64,000 nucleotides of DNA from Octopus bimaculoides (GCF_001194135.2 NC_068995.1:29338973-29402972), one strand, 5' to 3'. Positions 12,775 to 25,609 are shown, numbered from the stretch's first letter. Notes: a model not told the origin generated them from the sequence alone. Program-made: numbers and translations.

Positions 12775-14000
12775 AGAGCCAGTCAAATACTGGAGTCGAT
12801 GTAATTGACTAACCCCTACCGTCTCTATATTTCAAGCCTTGTGCCTATCTTAGAAACTATTCTATAGGGGGTAGATTGGCAGAATCGTTTGAGTTGGCCA
12901 CAATGACTTGCAGTAATTCTTTTGACTCTTTACTTTCTGATTTCAAATACTGTCAGTTTTGCATTCCATCCTTCCGGGTCGGTACCAGTCAAATAGTGGG
13001 GTTGATGGTATCGACTAAACCCCTACCCTCAAAATTGCTGGCGCTGTCCCTAAACATTTGAAGCTGGTGGGTTGATAGAATCTTTAGTATTTCGGAAAAT
13101 ATTCCTCACGTTATTTCTTCCAACTGTTTACGTCTTGAGTTCAAATTCCACCGGGGTCGACATTACCTTTCAGGACCAATAAAATAGTACCAGTCGGGTA
13201 CTGTGACCGATGTAATCGACTAACCACTTCCCCACAAAATTTCAGGCCTTCTGCCTATAGCCGAAAGGAATATTAAGATGGCAAGCTGACAGAATCGTTA
13301 GCACACACCAGACAAAATGCTTAGCGGCATTTCATTCGTCTGAGTTCTAATTCTGTCGAAGTCGACTTTGTCTTTCATCCTTTTGAAGTCGATGAAATAA
13401 GTACCAGTAGGCCTTGTGCCTTTAGTAAAAAGGATTGTTATTATTACTGGGAAATGAATTGTTAGAATCGTTTGAGCAACGGAAAACATGCCTTGCGGTA
13501 TTTGGTCCAGCTCTTTACGTTCTAGTTTCTAATCCCATTGATGTCAACTTTGCCCGTCATCCCTGGGTACTAGGGCCGATGGCAAGGACTAAACCCGTTC
13601 AAAAATGTGGTCGTTGTAGCTAATGTTATATAGTCACATTTAGAATTATTAAGGCGTGGTATTCGCAGAAAATACTTCGTCAGAAAATGCTTCGAGGTAT
13701 TTGTCTCGGATCTTGAAATACCGCCGAAGTCAACTTCTTTAATCTTATCAGAGTCGATAAAATAAAGTATAATCAAGTATTCAATACCTTCTCCCAAAAT
13801 TGCTGGTTTTTGTCGGCTTAATTTCATTGTGACTTCACTGCACAAAGCTCTGAGTATAGAGTATTTTGATTTTGTATTTTTCCATTGTTTTGAACGAATT
13901 CTACGAGTAGTGCTATTTTCTGTATGTTATATACACCGGCTCTCTGCACTCTGAGTTCAAATCGCGATTAAATCATTTTTGCTCTTCATTTTCATGGGAG
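12775..14000 (+). repeat. Head-to-tail array of at least 6 degraded family-1 SINE copies
   Basis: Recurrent motifs gcagaatcgtt, gagttcaaat, gtcgactttgcc, aagtaccagt and gtcgatgtaatcgact at ~12780, 12870, 13120, 13275, 13450, 13650 and 13940, all on the plus strand. Confidence 0.75.
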
Positions 14001-14448
14001 ATCTGTAAATAATTCCTGGGTTTAGTACGGAATTAGATTCTTCTCTCCCTTATTCTTCCTTCTCTCTCTCTCTCTCTCCCTCTCTGTCTCTGTTTCACTC
14101 ATCCTTTCCTGACTGTATTACTAGATACATATTACTGCACGACTGTGTTAGTAAACACAACTCTGTAGCGAGCCATAAATAATACCCTCTAAATTCCAGG
14201 CGTGTTTCCAAAACAGATAGGATGAAAGGGAACCTTTTACTAAGCAGGTAGACGACACCCATCAAACAATCTTTCAACCCAAACGTTGTCAGTGTGAAGT
14301 GTGTACTTTGATGTTAATAATGAAGGATCGTTTCGGTGCTTCAAAGTATAATGATAGCACATGCTCTCATTAGCATGACTACCTTGAAACGGTTGTCTCA
14401 GTCAGAAAGTCTAGCGGTCTTGTTGTCAGAGGAGAACAGCAAGAAAGG

Positions 14449-14490
14449 ATGACAGAGGATGGGGGCAACCTCCTCCCCGTCCTCTGTCAT
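14449..14490. other. Isolated 16-bp-stem hairpin
   Basis: atgacagaggatgggg - gcaacctcct - ccccgtcctctgtcat. The single DNA mismatch is a U-G wobble on the plus strand. Confidence 0.85.
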
Positions 14491-15519
14491 GCACAAATAG
14501 TTGGTGCATAAGGTTGGTTGAGTGACGCTGTCGACAATGACGAGAAAAAGAAAAAAGGAAGAGGAAATAAAGAGAAAAAAGAAAACGGAAACGGTGAAAG
14601 TAGAAAGAAAGAAAAAAACGAAGATAAACTGGAGGGAATATGGAGAGGCAAGAGCAGGAGTTGGATATGAAAATGAAAACAACAAACATTGGCGCAACAA
14701 ACACTGATGATGATGAATATGATGATGATGATAATGATGATGAGGAGGATGTTTACGACGACGACGACGATGACGGTGATGGGGCGGGGTGGCTTTGTGA
14801 AAGGAGTGTTTACTTGATGCCATTTAAAAACTGCAAACAGTAACTACTATCACTCCTGCAATGTTATTGCTGCTGCTGCTGCTGCTGCTACTACTACTAC
14901 TACGACTACTACTATGAAAACAATGGAAAGAAACATTAACCAGCAAAATAATGAAGGTAAAAGAGTGATCGAGAAATCTTTCCTATTTTATTGTTCTCAT
15001 ATATGTATATATANNNNNNNNNNNNNNNNNNNNNNNNNNNNNNNNNNNNNNNNNNNNNNNNNNNNNNNNNNNNNNNNNNNNNNNNNNNNNNNNNNNNNNN
15101 NNNNNNNNNNNNNNNNNNNNNNNNNNNNNNNNNNNNNNNNNNNNNNNNNNNNNNNNNNNNNNNNNNNNNNNNNNNNNNNNNNNNNNNNNNNNNNNNNNNN
15201 NNNNNNNNNNNNNNNNNNNNNNNNNNNNNNNNNNNNNNNNNNNNNNNNNNNNNNNNNNNNNNNNNNNNNNNNNNNNNNNNNNNNNNNNNNNNNNNNNNNN
15301 NNNNNNNNNNNNNNNNNNNNNNNNNNNNNNNNNNNNNNNNNNNNNNNNNNNNNNNNNNNNNNNNNNNNNNNNNNNNNNNNNNNNNNNNNNNNNNNNNNNN
15401 NNNNNNNNNNNNNNNNNNNNNNNNNNNNNNNNNNNNNNNNNNNNNNNNNNNNNNNGTCGTATTTCGGTAATTTCAACCAATCACTGATGTCTATTGAGGT
15501 GAAAACAATTACTCCTGTG

Positions 15520-15686
15520 GCTTCACAACCGATGCTGGTGTGTTTCCGTCCCCGTAACTTAGCGGTTCGGCAAAACAGACCGATAGAATAAGTACTAGGC
15601 TTACAAAGAATAAGTCCTGGGTTCGATTTGCTCGACTAAAGGCGGTGCTTCAGCATGTTGTCAAATGACTGAAACAAGTAAAAGAG
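15520..15686 (+). mobile_element. SINE family 2, 3' part
   Basis: gtccccgtaacttagcggttcggcaaaacagaccgatagaataagtactaggcttacaaag...gactgaaacaagtaaaag. Confidence 0.85.
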
Positions 15687-15690
15687 GGAA

Positions 15691-15725
<35 letters not shown>

Positions 15726-15726
<1 letters not shown>

Positions 15727-16619
15727 GAGGTCTGATCAATAAGTATCCAGATTGTTGTTATAGTAACGAAGCTAAAGTATGCAGAGTGAAGCTGCTTGGC
15801 ATAGATTGATCTTGGACGCTACTGTGCATGCACACTCAGTTTTAACGTTTTACTTTACTTCCACTGTTTAGAGCAGTGCTTGGAAGGAACGTGTGTAGCG
15901 TGTGATCGTCACATTGACCATGACAGAGAAAGTTTTCATGGCGATACCTGCTCAGAGGCCTTCGCAAAGTTGCAAAAAGTGTATGGAGAGGAGTGTGTGA
16001 GCCGCACACAAGTGTGTGAGTGGTTCAGACGTTCCCAAGTTGGCCGAAAAAATGTCGATATTGCCGAACGTTCTGGGAGACCCGCAACCAGCAGAGCTGA
16101 GAAAAATATCGTAAATGTGCATGTAACTGTGAGGGGAAATCGTTGAATCACCAACTGTGAGTTATCAGATGTGCAGATTAGTTACGGCTTAGTTCAGTCC
16201 ATTATCACTGAAGATTCAGGTATGAGACGTGTGTCTGCCAAGTTTGTACCAAAACTGCTTTCAGCTGACCAAAACGACACGCGGATTTCAGTTGCACAAG
16301 ATCTCCTTGATTGTGTCGAGAACGATGAAAACTTTTTGAAAACTTTGGGTAGGCCGCTGAGCAGGTATCGCCAAGCTTTTGGCAAAATTTGATGCAGATT
16401 CTCTGCTCAGCTTTCTTTGTCATGGTCAATGCGATGATCACACGCTACACACCTTTCTTCCAAGTACTGCTGTAAACAGTGGATGTGAAGTAGGACGTTA
16501 AAACTTGGTGCGCATGCACAGCAGATTTCAAAGGTCAATCTGTGCCAAGCGGCTTCACTCTGAGTGCTTTAACCTCGTTACTATGACAACAGTCCCGATG
16601 CTTATTGATTAGACCATTG
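15726..16619 (+). mobile_element. Non-autonomous fold-back mariner, copy 1
   Basis: Terminal inverted repeat (TIR) CGAGGTCTGATCAATAAG at both ends. The plus arm encodes the transposase N-terminus (EWFRR...SGRP...RVSAKFVPKLL...ENDENFLKT), then switches to an inverted copy of the 5' end (MTKKAEQRICIKFCQKLGDTCS). Confidence 0.9.
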
Positions 16620-16971
16620 CTACACGTTAGAGAAGAATCAGAATAAGAATAAGAGATGGTGGTTGGAAGAAAAAGAAGTAGTAGAAAGGAGGAAAAAGAG
16701 AGTGAGAGAGAAAAATAGATATAGAAAAGATAGAAAAACAGAGAGGGTTTAACTGTGTTCAGTAAAGCATCATAGGATAAGGAAAAATGGGGGATGAAAA
16801 GAAAAGGAAGAAATATTCAGGAAAAGATACATCTAAACTTTATGCATAAAAGCCAAGCCTGCGAACGCACACATGAAATATACATACATACTCACTTAAG
16901 CAAATACATATATACAATAGTAGCACAAATGTAAAAGCACATATATATATATATATATATANNNNNNNNNN

Positions 16972-17025
16972 TGAGCCTTCAAGGCCATTGACCCTTGAAA
17001 TCTTGTACCTTCATCAGAAGTCTTG
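16972..17025 (-). ncRNA. 5' half of a hammerhead motif, cut by an assembly gap
   Basis: CTGATGA at 17017-17011 followed by the stem ttcaagg-gtcaatgg-ccttgaa. The expected GAAA would fall in the N-gap. Confidence 0.4.
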
Positions 17026-17102
17026 TACCATGTTTTGTATTTTTTTTTGAGGCTCAAGATTTTTCATACACCCCTCGTATACACACACATACAAACACAC
17101 AA

Positions 17103-17136
<34 letters not shown>

Positions 17137-17140
17137 ACCC

Positions 17141-17173
<33 letters not shown>

Positions 17174-17399
17174 AACCAAGAAAGAGAGGACAAATCTCAG
17201 AGGCCAGTGTTCTCAATCACTCAATATATTTCACAGCATCGGAATACTTCACAGCATACATAGGTGCACTCATATATATATGATATAATATAAAAATATA
17301 CAAATGTATAAATATATAAATGATATATGTACTTGCTTATGAGGTTGTATATCCGTATTAGAAATCAATGAGGATATTAAAAGATGCACATGGTGAATT

Positions 17400-19610
17400 T
17401 AAAGCAGTAATCCAAATAGATGAAATGGTGATATATGATGATTTTAAGAAGAATCTTCAGCAGGTGCAAAGTCTTACAGCCGTTTCGAGAATGTGTAGGT
17501 TGAGATAGGCAAATATTTCCAACCATAACAATCATCCACATTTCTCTCATCAGAGCTAATTTAAGAGAATTTACAAAAGAGCTTTTTTTATCTTTAAAAA
17601 ACAAGAATTTTTAAAGAATTTTAAAATTCGAATGCTGTATCGAAAGAACATACTGTTCAGGCAAATGATATATAATAAGATCTGAGTTTACACGTTTAAA
17701 TAGATTATAAAACTATTGATAACAGTGTTTTAAGATGAATCCAAATGCACAATGGTAAATAGGTTAAAATCATAAACTAATTATTTTTGGAAAAAAATTT
17801 AAACGTTGATAAATATTTATGTCTACAGAGAATTTTACATCTGAAATCTTATCAAGTAAATTTTTTTAACAGTACGGAGTATATTGATTGATTCTTTTCG
17901 GCATTATTTACAATGTCTAGTGTGTGTATTGTATGGTGTGATTTTCGTTATAATGGACCAATCCAGACTGAATTTTTTATTACGCATTTTTCATTTATTA
18001 ATGTGGGTAGCTAGTGCGGTTGAGTTTTTTTTTTTTGTTTCTTGATTAATAAATGAATTTGTGTGCTCCCTATATCTAGTCTTAAAATTAGTCGTGCTTT
18101 CTATGTATACCTTCTTAGATTCATTGAGAGTTGTAACCTCAACTTTATACACGACATTTCTCCTTAAACAGAATCCCTTTAAAGGACATAAATTCCAGTC
18201 ATGGCAATTACATGTTTTATTTCCATGCTTTGCCTTTGTATTTTTATCCATTAACTTATTGTTATTCATATTGAGGCCAGCTATATTGTCATCTCTATCA
18301 ATACCATTATTCCTTAGTTTTAATCTATTATTGGTCGCAGTTATAGATCCTAGATTAGGCATAGGTTAGTACGATAATCTAAAGCAGGATCTATTAAAGA
18401 TGGGATGATATTTTTGGCCTAATGGGAAATTCCTGTCAATAATCCTGAAAAATAATTTAGGGAGATTACTGACTTGGGGAAAAAGGTGGGGTGAACCAAA
18501 TAATTTCTCGTTTCCTCAACGAATTGTTCCTAATCTGCCCAGTATAATAATTATTATTATAATTAAATGAATTACAGAGTCTTCTATTATGGTGGCGATC
18601 CTGATGCTCGGGAGGGTCGTTCACAGAAGGGGTATCAATGTCTAATTTTGCAAGATTTGGGAAAAGTTTACCTAATTTATTTTTCAATCGTGTATTCTTA
18701 ATATAATATATCTTCCTATTGAATCCACTGTCTTTCAATACTGTATTTTAAAAGGGTGCAAAGTTATAAAAAATATTTTCATTTCCATATAAGTTAGAAA
18801 TTTTTATCGACGCCCCTTTGACCACCTCATTAATAACATTTTGAGGATGACTGGACAAGGGGTGTATATATTCAATGGTTTTATTAGGCTTATGGTAAGA
18901 ATAAAATAAGCCATTGTCTTAATTTAATGTTACGTCCAAAAGATTAACACGTTTAGCGATGTTTTCAAATAGAATGTCTAAGTTATATATCTTAAAAAAT
19001 GTTATTAGTCTTTTCCTTATCCTATCAATCGCTTGTAAAGAAGTGTCAGAAATAGCTAATAACGCATCATCTCTATACAAACATCTGCTGATATTAGGGA
19101 ATTCTTTCTTAATTTTCGAAAGTAAAAATAGACCAACAATATCAGTGACCTGGACAGAATCCAAAGATCCCATTGTAACATCTAAGTCACCTTGAAGGTC
19201 ACATCGGGTTCAGGTTCTATTTCTGAAAGATATTAGTGTTTTCCTTGCAGTAAAAATATTATCTTTCTCTAAAGGTGTAATATCAGTAAAATTCTCAGGA
19301 AAAGCAACTACTTTATCAAGCAGGTCCAGCTTAATAGATTGATAGTAATTGCTAATGTCGAATTGGACAAAAATGAGTTTTCCTTTTATTATTCAGTGAG
19401 CAAAACCAAGTTATGACGAACCCCGTAGAAATCTAAAGCGGTAGGTCTACATTTATTTTAATGCAAGTGATGATTCTATCAATGATAGACTTACTAATTC
19501 TGCCCAAGTCAGATTTAGTTGGACAGATTAGCCTAACAGCGGGTTTACTCTCAAAGTTTGCTTTGTGATCCTTAAATCCTTAAATTACTGCGTATATGAT
19601 GAAGGGGATC
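17400..19610 (-). mobile_element. Penelope-like element, Hydra-clade type (RT + C-terminal GIY-YIG), frameshifted
   Basis: Motifs in order: KDHK..F...VRLICPTKSDLGRISK; VQFDISNYYQSI; DVTMGSLD; LYRDD; IIWFTPPFS; CNCHDWNLC (CxCx5C); VVYKV...VYIESTTNFKTRYREH; C-terminal CRH. A hammerhead lies in the 3' UTR. Confidence 0.9.
17471..17557 (-). ncRNA. Type I hammerhead ribozyme with extended stem II
   Basis: agct CTGATGA gagaaatgtg...ggttg...caacc...cacattctc GAAAC ggct GTA agac. Confidence 0.8.
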
Positions 19611-19619
19611 GCTGGCAAG

Positions 19620-20810
19620 TTATTTTTTAAAAACCGTTAATAGATTTCACGTCAAAGGCAATCTAGAGAAAGAGAAGGGGGAGAAAGAAAGAAATTAACA
19701 GAAAATTAACAGTGTGATAGATGAATGGGAATAAAACTTAAAAGCCTGGAAATAGATATATGTAGTGGAAATGAAATGCAAGAAGACAGTTAATGGTCGA
19801 ATTTTATAGATTGGTAGAAATTACTTATAGGAACTAAAGGTATATTTTTGCCAATGTTTGCAACGACAAACGCGTTCTTTAAACGTGTTTACAAGAGAAT
19901 TCTCCGAGAACAGGAGATATTGTTCTTCGTTACAGAGCGGATAAAAAGATTTGCCTTTATCATATGGGAAGAATCTAGATAGAATATTCCATTCCAAATC
20001 AAATTGTTTATTATGTTCCTTTAAAGACCAAATTAATTTACTAAACCCAGTATTGTTGTGTTTATTGATATGTCTAAATGCAGAGTAATGGTTAGATATT
20101 CTTTTCGACAACTCAGATGAAGAACTACCTAAGTAAATAAAGACATCACAACCTGAAGTAATTTTACATTGATAAACAGAATTTCTAGTCTTAGAATTAC
20201 TGCTAAGGAAACGAATACGATTCAAATTTATATCAGAAATACTAATATTGTTGTTATTATTATTCAAAGAATGGTTAGTGTTAATAATATCAATGTTATT
20301 ATTTTCATTAAGTGGATTTGTATTTAACAACTTATTGTTATGCGAAGAGATGATTTGTGAAAGGTTTTTGGAGTTTGAAAACCTTATTCTAATTCGGCGT
20401 GAATTGATAATGGAATAGTATTTTGGGGAAATTCTTATCTATAGCTTCACGAAACTGATAAGGGAAGCTGGATTTGATCTGCTTACCATATCGAATTATC
20501 AACCAAAGTGTTTTATTTGGACATACCTTGTCATTAGGGTATTTATTTTTAAAAGTCCTAGATTTACTTTTATTACGTATAAAGGGACTTAAAGAACCGT
20601 TATCTCCCTTACACTGCAAAACTACATTTTTCGATTTGGTGTTGTTATTCGAACTAACATCTATATTGTTATTACCGTTATGACGTGTTTTCCTGTCCTG
20701 ATTAACAGAGGTAGAATTAATGTCAATAGGGTTAACATAGGTATTTTTTCTTTATAGCCTACTTTAAGTAAGGCAGAGTTATAAAATTCGGCTTTATCGT
20801 CATAGTCCTC
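19620..20810 (-). mobile_element. Second, divergent Hydra-type PLE 3' portion (thumb end, linker, GIY-YIG, 3' UTR)
   Basis: AEFYNSALLKVGYKEKI; LWLIIRYGKQI...FREAIDKNFPK; NLSQIISSHNNKLL; NSVYQCKI...IYLGSS..LSKRISNHYSAF...EWNIL...LCNEE...CRCKH. Confidence 0.85.
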
Positions 20811-22046
20811 CAGGCAACAATAGATGAATTCAAGACAGGATGCCCCTAGGAGCTCCTCTATGTTGATGACCTTGCTCTAAAAGCTGAGTCACTACCAGAA
20901 CTAGAGATGAAGTTTCAGGTGTGGAATCAAGGCCTGGAATTGAAGGTCTTAGAGTCAATGTAGCAAAAACCAAAGTCTTAGTAAGTAGGAAGGCAGACAA
21001 ATCACAAATCCCTTCAGGTAGATGGCCCTGTTCGATCTGTAGAAAGGCGTAGATAGAAACTCCATAAGATGTACACAGTGTAAGCTATGGACACATAAGA
21101 GGTGCCATAATTTCAAAGGAAGGTTAGCTAGGAAGATAGATTTTGTGTGTGGCAAATGCACAGGGGCAATAAATACTGAAAATGTGCAGAAAACAGCTTC
21201 CATCACAGGTTAAGAGAAAAAACTAGTAGTTGATAGCTTCCGTTACCTACGTGTCCAAGTCAGTAGTTGGGGTAGATGCTCTGAGAGCGTAGCTGCTAGA
21301 ATAAGGACAACCAGGGCAAAGTTCAGAGAGCTCCTACCTCTGCTGGTAACAAAGGGCCTCTCGCTCAGAGTGAAAGGTTGACTGCGAACAGTCATGCAAC
21401 ATGGCAGTGAAGCATGGGCTGTGACTACTGGATGTGCAATGTCAGTCTGCATACACGACAAAGTGTAAGCACCCTGAGAGAAAGGTTGGACATAAGAAGC
21501 ATCAGATGTGGTGTACAAGAGAGACGATTGCGCTGGTATGGTCATGTGTTACATATGGATGAGAACAGCTGTGTGAAGAAGTGTCACACCCTAACAGTGA
21601 AGGTAACCTGGATTGAGGTGGTGAAGCACAACCTTTGAACGGTGGGCCTCACGGCGGCAATGACAAGCAACCAAGACCTTTGGAGATATGCTGTGCTTGA
21701 AAAGACCCTGCAAGCCGTGGCCTATGCCAGTGTCACAAAACCGACCCATTTAAGAGCACCCTTCAATCGTCGGGCAATATACTGTGCTTGAGAAGACCTG
21801 TTGAGTCAAGTGAAATTCTTGTCGTGGCTGATGCCAGTACCGCCTGACTGGCTCCCGTGCCGGTGGCACACAAAAAACGCCCACTACACTCTCGGAGTGG
21901 TTGGCGTTACGAAGGGCATCCAGCCCTTGCCAGATCAGATTGGAGCCTGGTGCGGCCTCCTGGTTTAACAGCCATCAGTCAAACCGTCCAACCCATACCC
22001 GCACGGAAAGCAGACGTTAAATGATGATGATGATGATGATGATGAT
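20811..22046 (+). mobile_element. 5'-truncated RTE-clade LINE with (GAT)n tail
   Basis: ELLYVDDLAL...GLRVNVAKTK; FRYL; ARIR..RAKFRELLPLL; RLRWYGHVLHMDENSCVKK; the 3' UTR ends in atgatgatg at ~22020-22046. Confidence 0.92.
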
Positions 22047-24793
22047 ATATATATATATGTGGGGGGGGGGCGTTAATCCGTTAATCGTTAATTAACGAAG
22101 TTGACATTTTCATTAACGATTTAACTTTAAAGTTAAGTTTGAAAATCATTATTGGACTTATTAACTTCCATTAAGCTTCCGTTAAATTCAAGTCCGTTAA
22201 TTCAAAAATGTCATAAAAACCGGTAAACGTTTAAAAGTTTAAATTGTTTTCAGATTGTTTTAGCATATTTAATATTGTATGCGTCATTCTTTCANNNNNN
22301 NNNNNNNNNNNNNNNNNNNNNNNNNNNNNNNNNNNNNNNNNNNNNNNNNNNNNNNNNNNNNNNNNNNNNNNNNNNNNNNNNNNNNNNNNNNNNNNNNNNN
22401 NNNNNNNNNNNNNNNNNNNNNNNNNNNNNNNNNNNNNNNNNNNNNNNNNNNNNNNNNNNNNNNNNNNNNNNNNNNNNNNNNNNNNNNNNNNNNNNNNNNN
22501 NNNNNNNNNNNNNNNNNNNNNNNNNNNNNNNNNNNNNNNNNNNNNNNNNNNNNNNNNNNNNNNNNNNNNNNNNNNNNNNNNNNNNNNNNNNNNNNNNNNN
22601 NNNNNNNNNNNNNNNNNNNNNNNNNNNNNNNNNNNNNNNNNNNNNNNNNNNNNNNNNNNNNNNNNNNNNNNNNNNNNNNNNNNNNNNNNNNNNNNNNNNN
22701 NNNNNNNNNNNNNNNNNNNNNNNNNNNNNNNNNNNNNNNNNNNNNNNNNNNNNNNNNNNNNNNNNNNNNNNNNNNNNNNNNNNNNNNNNNNNNNNNNNNN
22801 NNNNNNNNNNNNNNNNNNNNNNNNNNNNNNNNNNNNNNNNNNNNNNNNNNNNNNNNNNNNNNNNNNNNNNNNNNNNNNNNNNNNNNNNNNNNNNNNNNNN
22901 NNNNNNNNNNNNNNNNNNNNNNNNNNNNNNNNNNNNNNNNNNNNNNNNNNNNNNNNNNNNNNNNNNNNNNNNNNNNNNNNNNNNNNNNNNNNNNNNNNNN
23001 NNNNNNNNNNNNNNNNNNNNNNNNNNNNNNNNNNGTGGAAAAAATTATTCCACACAGAGGTACGAAATATTTACCGAAAGAATAAAATCTTGTACCGATT
23101 ATACCTGTATTTTAATTAATTCAAATTAATGTTTCTCCTCTTGAAAAGAGGCAAAATTTTTGTCGGTTGCCATCTGGGATAATTTTAGTAACAAATCAAA
23201 CAAGTAAGATGCATTAGGAATTTCAGTTTAGACAAATTTTCTCAGCAAAATCAGCTGAAATTACATGACTATAAACTAGTGATATATAAAGCACCCACCG
23301 ACAAAATTTCAAATCCGTATGTAAAAACTTTACAAAGTTACAAGCAAATATTATGGACACCACTCTTGAACTTGAATAATTCAAAATAATGTGAACAAAT
23401 AAGCATTACATTTCACAGATTAATATAAATACTAAAGATGTTTTTAGGTGGGGTTTTTTCTTACACACACACATAACATGGCCTCACTCAGTTGGGACTA
23501 CACTTGTTACTTTGACATCATCGTTCCATAAATTTGTTTATGGGGAGAAAAATATTGAAAATATCAATAGATGTGAGTGAGAAAGAAACGAGGAGGGAGG
23601 TTTGGGGATGTGCTAGAAAAAACAGTTAAACTGAAAATGTTTCTCTCGCGGGTTTTAAGTGCGTAGTGAAAAAAAGTGGTCAAAATCGTTTTGGACTGGG
23701 GTGGGGAGGGGGTGGCCGGAGTAAAAAATAATGGCAAAATTTTTTTCATTTTTTTTCGTGAAAAAATGCTCCCATCATTTTTTCCGGTGAAAAAGGATCT
23801 CTATTTTTATCTAATTTAAACCTAGCGGCGATGACACTAGTTTCTTTATTAGTGTCGTTATAAGCTTGATGTCTAGCCTTAGTGTAGTTACTAATAACAT
23901 TGTTATGTGCTATTGTTTACCCATCTATTAGAATTACTTCCCTTATATTTAACGGCTTTTCGTAGTGTCTGTTGCCATTAATAGCCGACGAGAATATATC
24001 GAAGCTCTGCGCTCCGACATTCGAAATTGTGGGTACTATAATGACAGCTGTTTACTGCTTGCTCTAATTTATAACATATAAAATAATCCTCTATTTCTAC
24101 ATGTATTGATGTCTCGTTCCTTTGTTATTTTACATATTATTATTATTAGGTATATANNNNNNNNNNNNNNNNNNNNNNNNNNNNNNNNNNNNNNNNNNNN
24201 NNNNNNNNNNNNNNNNNNNNNNNNNNNNNNNNNNNNNNNNNNNNNNNNNNNNNNNNNNNNNNNNNNNNNNNNNNNNNNNNNNNNNNNNNNNNNNNNNNNN
24301 NNNNNNNNNNNNNNNNNNNNNNNNNNNNNNNNNNNNNNNNNNNNNNNNNNNNNNNNNNNNNNNNNNNNNNNNNNNNNNNNNNNNNNNNNNNNNNNNNNNN
24401 NNNNNNNNNNNNNNNNNNNNNNNNNNNNNNATATATATATATATATATATATATAATACAAAGAATAAGTATGCATGTATACCCACATATATGTACATAC
24501 TTACATCTACATGTGTATATAGATGCATATCAGGGTACAGGACGTTAGAAAAATGAACTACAGACACCGGAACGAACACATAGGAAAACAGATACCCACT
24601 TGGAATTATTCCTTCGTTCAGGTTGTGTCAAAATTTGGACTTTTACTGATGATATTTGGCAACTAGTACCCCCATGTTATATCATTAATTTGATACAAGT
24701 TGCTTTTCGCTCGATGCTGAATTGTTTCTGTTTTTTTTTTAATATTTTCATATATAACATATAAACGTTAATTATTCATTGTTTTTCAGTAGT

Positions 24794-24958
24794 GAAAAAA
24801 TTGCATTACAAGCCATTTTACGCAGCGTATGGGAAAAAGGCTGAGTGCACGGGCAGCGGCAAAATGAATTGATGGTGTGGAAGGCACAGGAACTGACAAC
24901 GAGCTGTGGTACACAAAACTAGTTCAGACGTTTCAAAGAAGGTAACACCAGCATCGAA
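24794..24958 (+). mobile_element. Mariner transposase N-terminal HTH fragment
   Basis: IALQAILRSVWEKG*..AAAK...EGTGT...AQN*FRRFKEGNTSIE, with frameshifts. Confidence 0.75.
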
Positions 24959-25028
24959 GGGTTCTTTCTATCTATCTATCTATCTATCCGTATTTTTGTT
25001 TTATATATGTATATGTATGTATGTATGC

Positions 25029-25060
<32 letters not shown>

Positions 25061-25537
25061 NNNNNNNNNNNNNNNNNNNNNNNNNNNNNNNNNNNNNNNN
25101 NNNNNNNNNNNNNNNNNNNNNNNNNNNNNNNNNNNNNNNNNNNNNNNNNNNNNNNNNNNNNNNNNNNNNNNNNNNNNNNNNNNNNNNNNNNNNNNNNNNN
25201 NNNNNNNNNNNNNNNNNNNNNNNNNNNNNNNNNNNNNNNNNNNNNNNNNNNNNNNNNNNNNNNNNNNNNNNNNNNNNNNNNNNNNNNNNNNNNNNNNNNN
25301 NNNNNNNNNNNNNNNNNNNNNNNNNNNNNNNNNNNNNNNNNNNNNNNNNTATATAAATCCTAGCCGTCACTCGCATGTGAGATGACTTGGTGACATGTAC
25401 CAGGCTTTAGTATTTTAAATACTGTCTTGGCCTTGTCCAGTAGAACACTGAAGATGTGTCAGATGGTGTGTGTGTGCGTGTGAGAGAGAGAGAGTGAGAG
25501 AGAGAGTGAGTGTGTGTGTGTGTGTGAGAGAGAGAGA

Positions 25538-25601
<64 letters not shown>

Positions 25602-25609
25602 TGCATCAG

